Positions 62,264 through 64,000 of a stretch of 64,000 bases of DNA are shown piece after piece. The notes beneath the pieces are model-generated. The model saw nothing but the letters and a program-made list of their open reading frames with translations. It made no database searches and was not told where the DNA came from. Each line of letters starts with the position of its first letter. The first letter of the stretch is position 1. A program made the position numbers and the translations under genes. The stretch spans positions 4,144 to 68,143 of the forward strand of contig JAUWTJ010000005.1 of the NCBI GenBank assembly GCA_030614785.1. Reading direction: 5' to 3'. The DNA comes from Alphaproteobacteria bacterium (GTDB lineage: Bacteria; Pseudomonadota; Alphaproteobacteria; M2410).

Positions 62264-63142
62264 ATGGCCATTAACCAACGTTTCACAGATGAGGCCGCAC
62301 CCGCGACAGCAAAAGACACTGACGCAACCGGTGGCGAGACGAGCGGTCATTTGATCAGAAAATGGCGTGAGCGGCGCCATCTGAGCCAAAAAGAGCTGGC
62401 ATCCGCAGCTGGCGTTTCGTGTCGACACGTCAGTTTTATTGAGACCGGTCGTTCAAAAGCCAGCCGGAAAATGGTTCTGAGATTATGCGAAGTTCTGGAT
62501 CTTCCCTATCGGTCTCGGAATGAAGTGCTTCAGGTTACCGGCTACGATCCGGCCTTTGGAGAAACTGGCCTGCACGGATCAGATGCTTCGGATATTTCTC
62601 GAACGCTTGATTTCATGTTGGGACGTCATGAGCCTGGCCCGGCCGTGGTTCTTGATGGGCACTGGAATGTTCTGCGCACAAATGAGGCCGGGCGAAAGCT
62701 GCTCATGTTTCTCGTCGGGGGGGAAATTCATCACGCTCCCGGAGACAGAAACATCGTACGATGGCTCATTGAAGATCCTCATTTGAGGTCTACGATCTCA
62801 AACTGGAATGAAGTGGTTGTGGAGATTATTCGTCGATTGCACCGTGAGATTGAAACCAACGGCGCGGATCGGGCCATCCTGGACTTGCTTGACAAGTTGC
62901 TGGGTACAATCGACCAGCAGGCGGGGTCGGGGCCGCGTAATTTCTACAATACGGATGCATCGAATATGCTCGTCCCCATTGTGATCAAGCGATCTGGCAT
63001 GACATTGACCTTCTTTGCAGCGTCAACAAAGTTTTCTGCACCGCGCGATATAACCATGCAGGAACTCAGCATTGAAGCGCTCTATCCGGCCTGTTCGGAT
63101 ACCGAGGAAGCGCTGAAATTTCTCCAGATCAGTCGCCTTTAG
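62264..63142 (+). CDS. XRE-family HTH transcriptional regulator with C-terminal MmyB-like/sensor domain
   Basis: HTH block RHLSQKELASAAGVSCRHVSFIETGRS; 200-aa C-terminal domain. Confidence 0.75.
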   Translation: MAINQRFTDEAAPATAKDTDATGGETSGHLIRKWRERRHLSQKELASAAGVSCRHVSFIETGRSKASRKMVLRLCEVLDLPYRSRNEVLQVTGYDPAFGETGLHGSDASDISRTLDFMLGRHEPGPAVVLDGHWNVLRTNEAGRKLLMFLVGGEIHHAPGDRNIVRWLIEDPHLRSTISNWNEVVVEIIRRLHREIETNGADRAILDLLDKLLGTIDQQAGSGPRNFYNTDASNMLVPIVIKRSGMTLTFFAASTKFSAPRDITMQELSIEALYPACSDTEEALKFLQISRL

Positions 63143-63276
63143 GCAATCAGGCTCACGCTGAAAAATCACCGTTGTCCCGGGCGGGCGAAAGGCGCTACCC
63201 TTGCCGCGTACGGCAGGGCTGTTCGGCCGCGGGACTTATTCCCGAACAATCACAATGAGTAACAGGGAAATGCCAA

Positions 63277-64000
63277 TGACCCGGCAGGGTGGGCAAAGCG
63301 CCGCGAGCGGCGGTCCGTCAAGCGTCAGGGGACTACGCGGCGTCGTCCTGTTTACAGAAGGTCCGATCCGGAATCATATTACCCGCATGGCCATCCCGAT
63401 GCTTTGGGGCATGCTGGCAACGGTCGTTGCGGCGCTTGCTGACATCTACTTTCTGGCTCAGCTGGGCACAAACTACCTTGCCGCAATAACGTTCACATTT
63501 CCGATTGCGATGTTCTTCATGAGCATAACGCTGGGTCTGGCCAGCGGGTTTTCGTCATTGCTCGCCCGGGCGCTTGGCGAGGGGGACCACTCGAAAGTTC
63601 ATCGTCTTACAATCTCGACCATGCTCCTTTCGGCGCTGCTCGTCCTCTTCTTCAGTATCCTGGGATACTTCACCATTGATCCGCTGTTTACGGCCCTGGG
63701 TGCGGGCCCGGCAACGCTGCCTTTGATCCGGGACTATATGAGCATCTGGTATTTCGCCATGATCTTTCTTGTGTTCCCTCTGATCGGGAATTTCGCCCTG
63801 AGGGCGTCGGGCAACCCGAAGGCGGCAAGCTATGTGATGATCTCGGCGGCCCTTGTTAATGTGATCCTTGATCCGATGTTTATTTTTGGTTTCTGGTTTA
63901 TCCCGGCAATGGGAATTGAAGGCGCTGCTCTTGCCGGGGTGTGTTCCAGGTTAGCATCCTTCATCGCCACCTTTTACATCCTGGTCTACCGCAATCGCCT
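63277..64000 (+). CDS. MATE-family efflux transporter (3' end outside window)
   Basis: Polytopic sequence with a typical MATE N-terminus (ITRMAIPMLWGMLATVVAALADIYFLAQLG); not in the ORF track because no stop occurs before the window end. Confidence 0.8.

Noticed and set aside
1-64000. Search for CRISPR arrays, tRNA/rRNA genes, IS transposases or integrases
   Set aside because: No regularly spaced short repeats were seen; no intergenic region has tRNA-like T-arm or anticodon-stem features; no transposase or integrase-like ORF is present. The only repeat structures are those reported at 29330-29880 and 44614-45893.

Overview
This is a 64 kb chromosomal segment from a high-GC (roughly 58-60% by eye) bacterium; gene content and order look alphaproteobacterial (Hyphomicrobiales- or Rhodobacterales-like). 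Most of it is conserved housekeeping synteny: xseB-ispA-dxs-tlyA-rlmD-like, aroC-fabI-J-domain protein, greA-carB-(ORF)-carA, yqeY, dnaG-rpoD, panD, pdxH, purN, and a liv-type ABC transporter cluster with two GSTs, an acyl-CoA ligase and two substrate-binding proteins. I found no rRNA, tRNA, CRISPR array, transposase or integrase. Five features stand out as unusual or apparently acquired:

1. **Insertion between MFS and GST genes (44664-45843).** A lower-GC insert of about 1.18 kb is flanked by 50-bp imperfect direct repeats. Each repeat copy carries the overlapping 3' ends of a convergent MFS transporter gene and a GST gene. The insert contains two 53-56 bp hairpin-bearing direct repeats, a 14-bp tandem repeat and a small 2-TM ORF.
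2. **ORFan inside the carAB operon (23923-24639).** A lower-GC gene (about 45%) of 238 codons sits between carA and carB with 3-nt and 0-nt spacers, so it is apparently translationally coupled to both.
3. **rpoD with a histone H1-like insertion.** The primary sigma factor gene carries an in-frame Lys/Ala/Thr-rich repeat of about 185 residues just after its conserved MATKV N-terminus.
4. **Island between dxs and tlyA (12394-14041).** A lower-GC segment encodes a polytopic membrane-anchored AraC-type regulator and a small membrane protein.
5. **Divergent citrate-synthase-fold genes.** One of the pair is fused to an N-terminal excisionase/MerR-type HTH domain.

Smaller observations include a tandem substrate-binding-protein paralog interrupted by a single in-frame TAG, and a candidate 44-aa secreted Cys-containing peptide in a 500-bp intergenic region. 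Coordinates of start codons are my best manual choices; several (flagged in the evidence) are uncertain.
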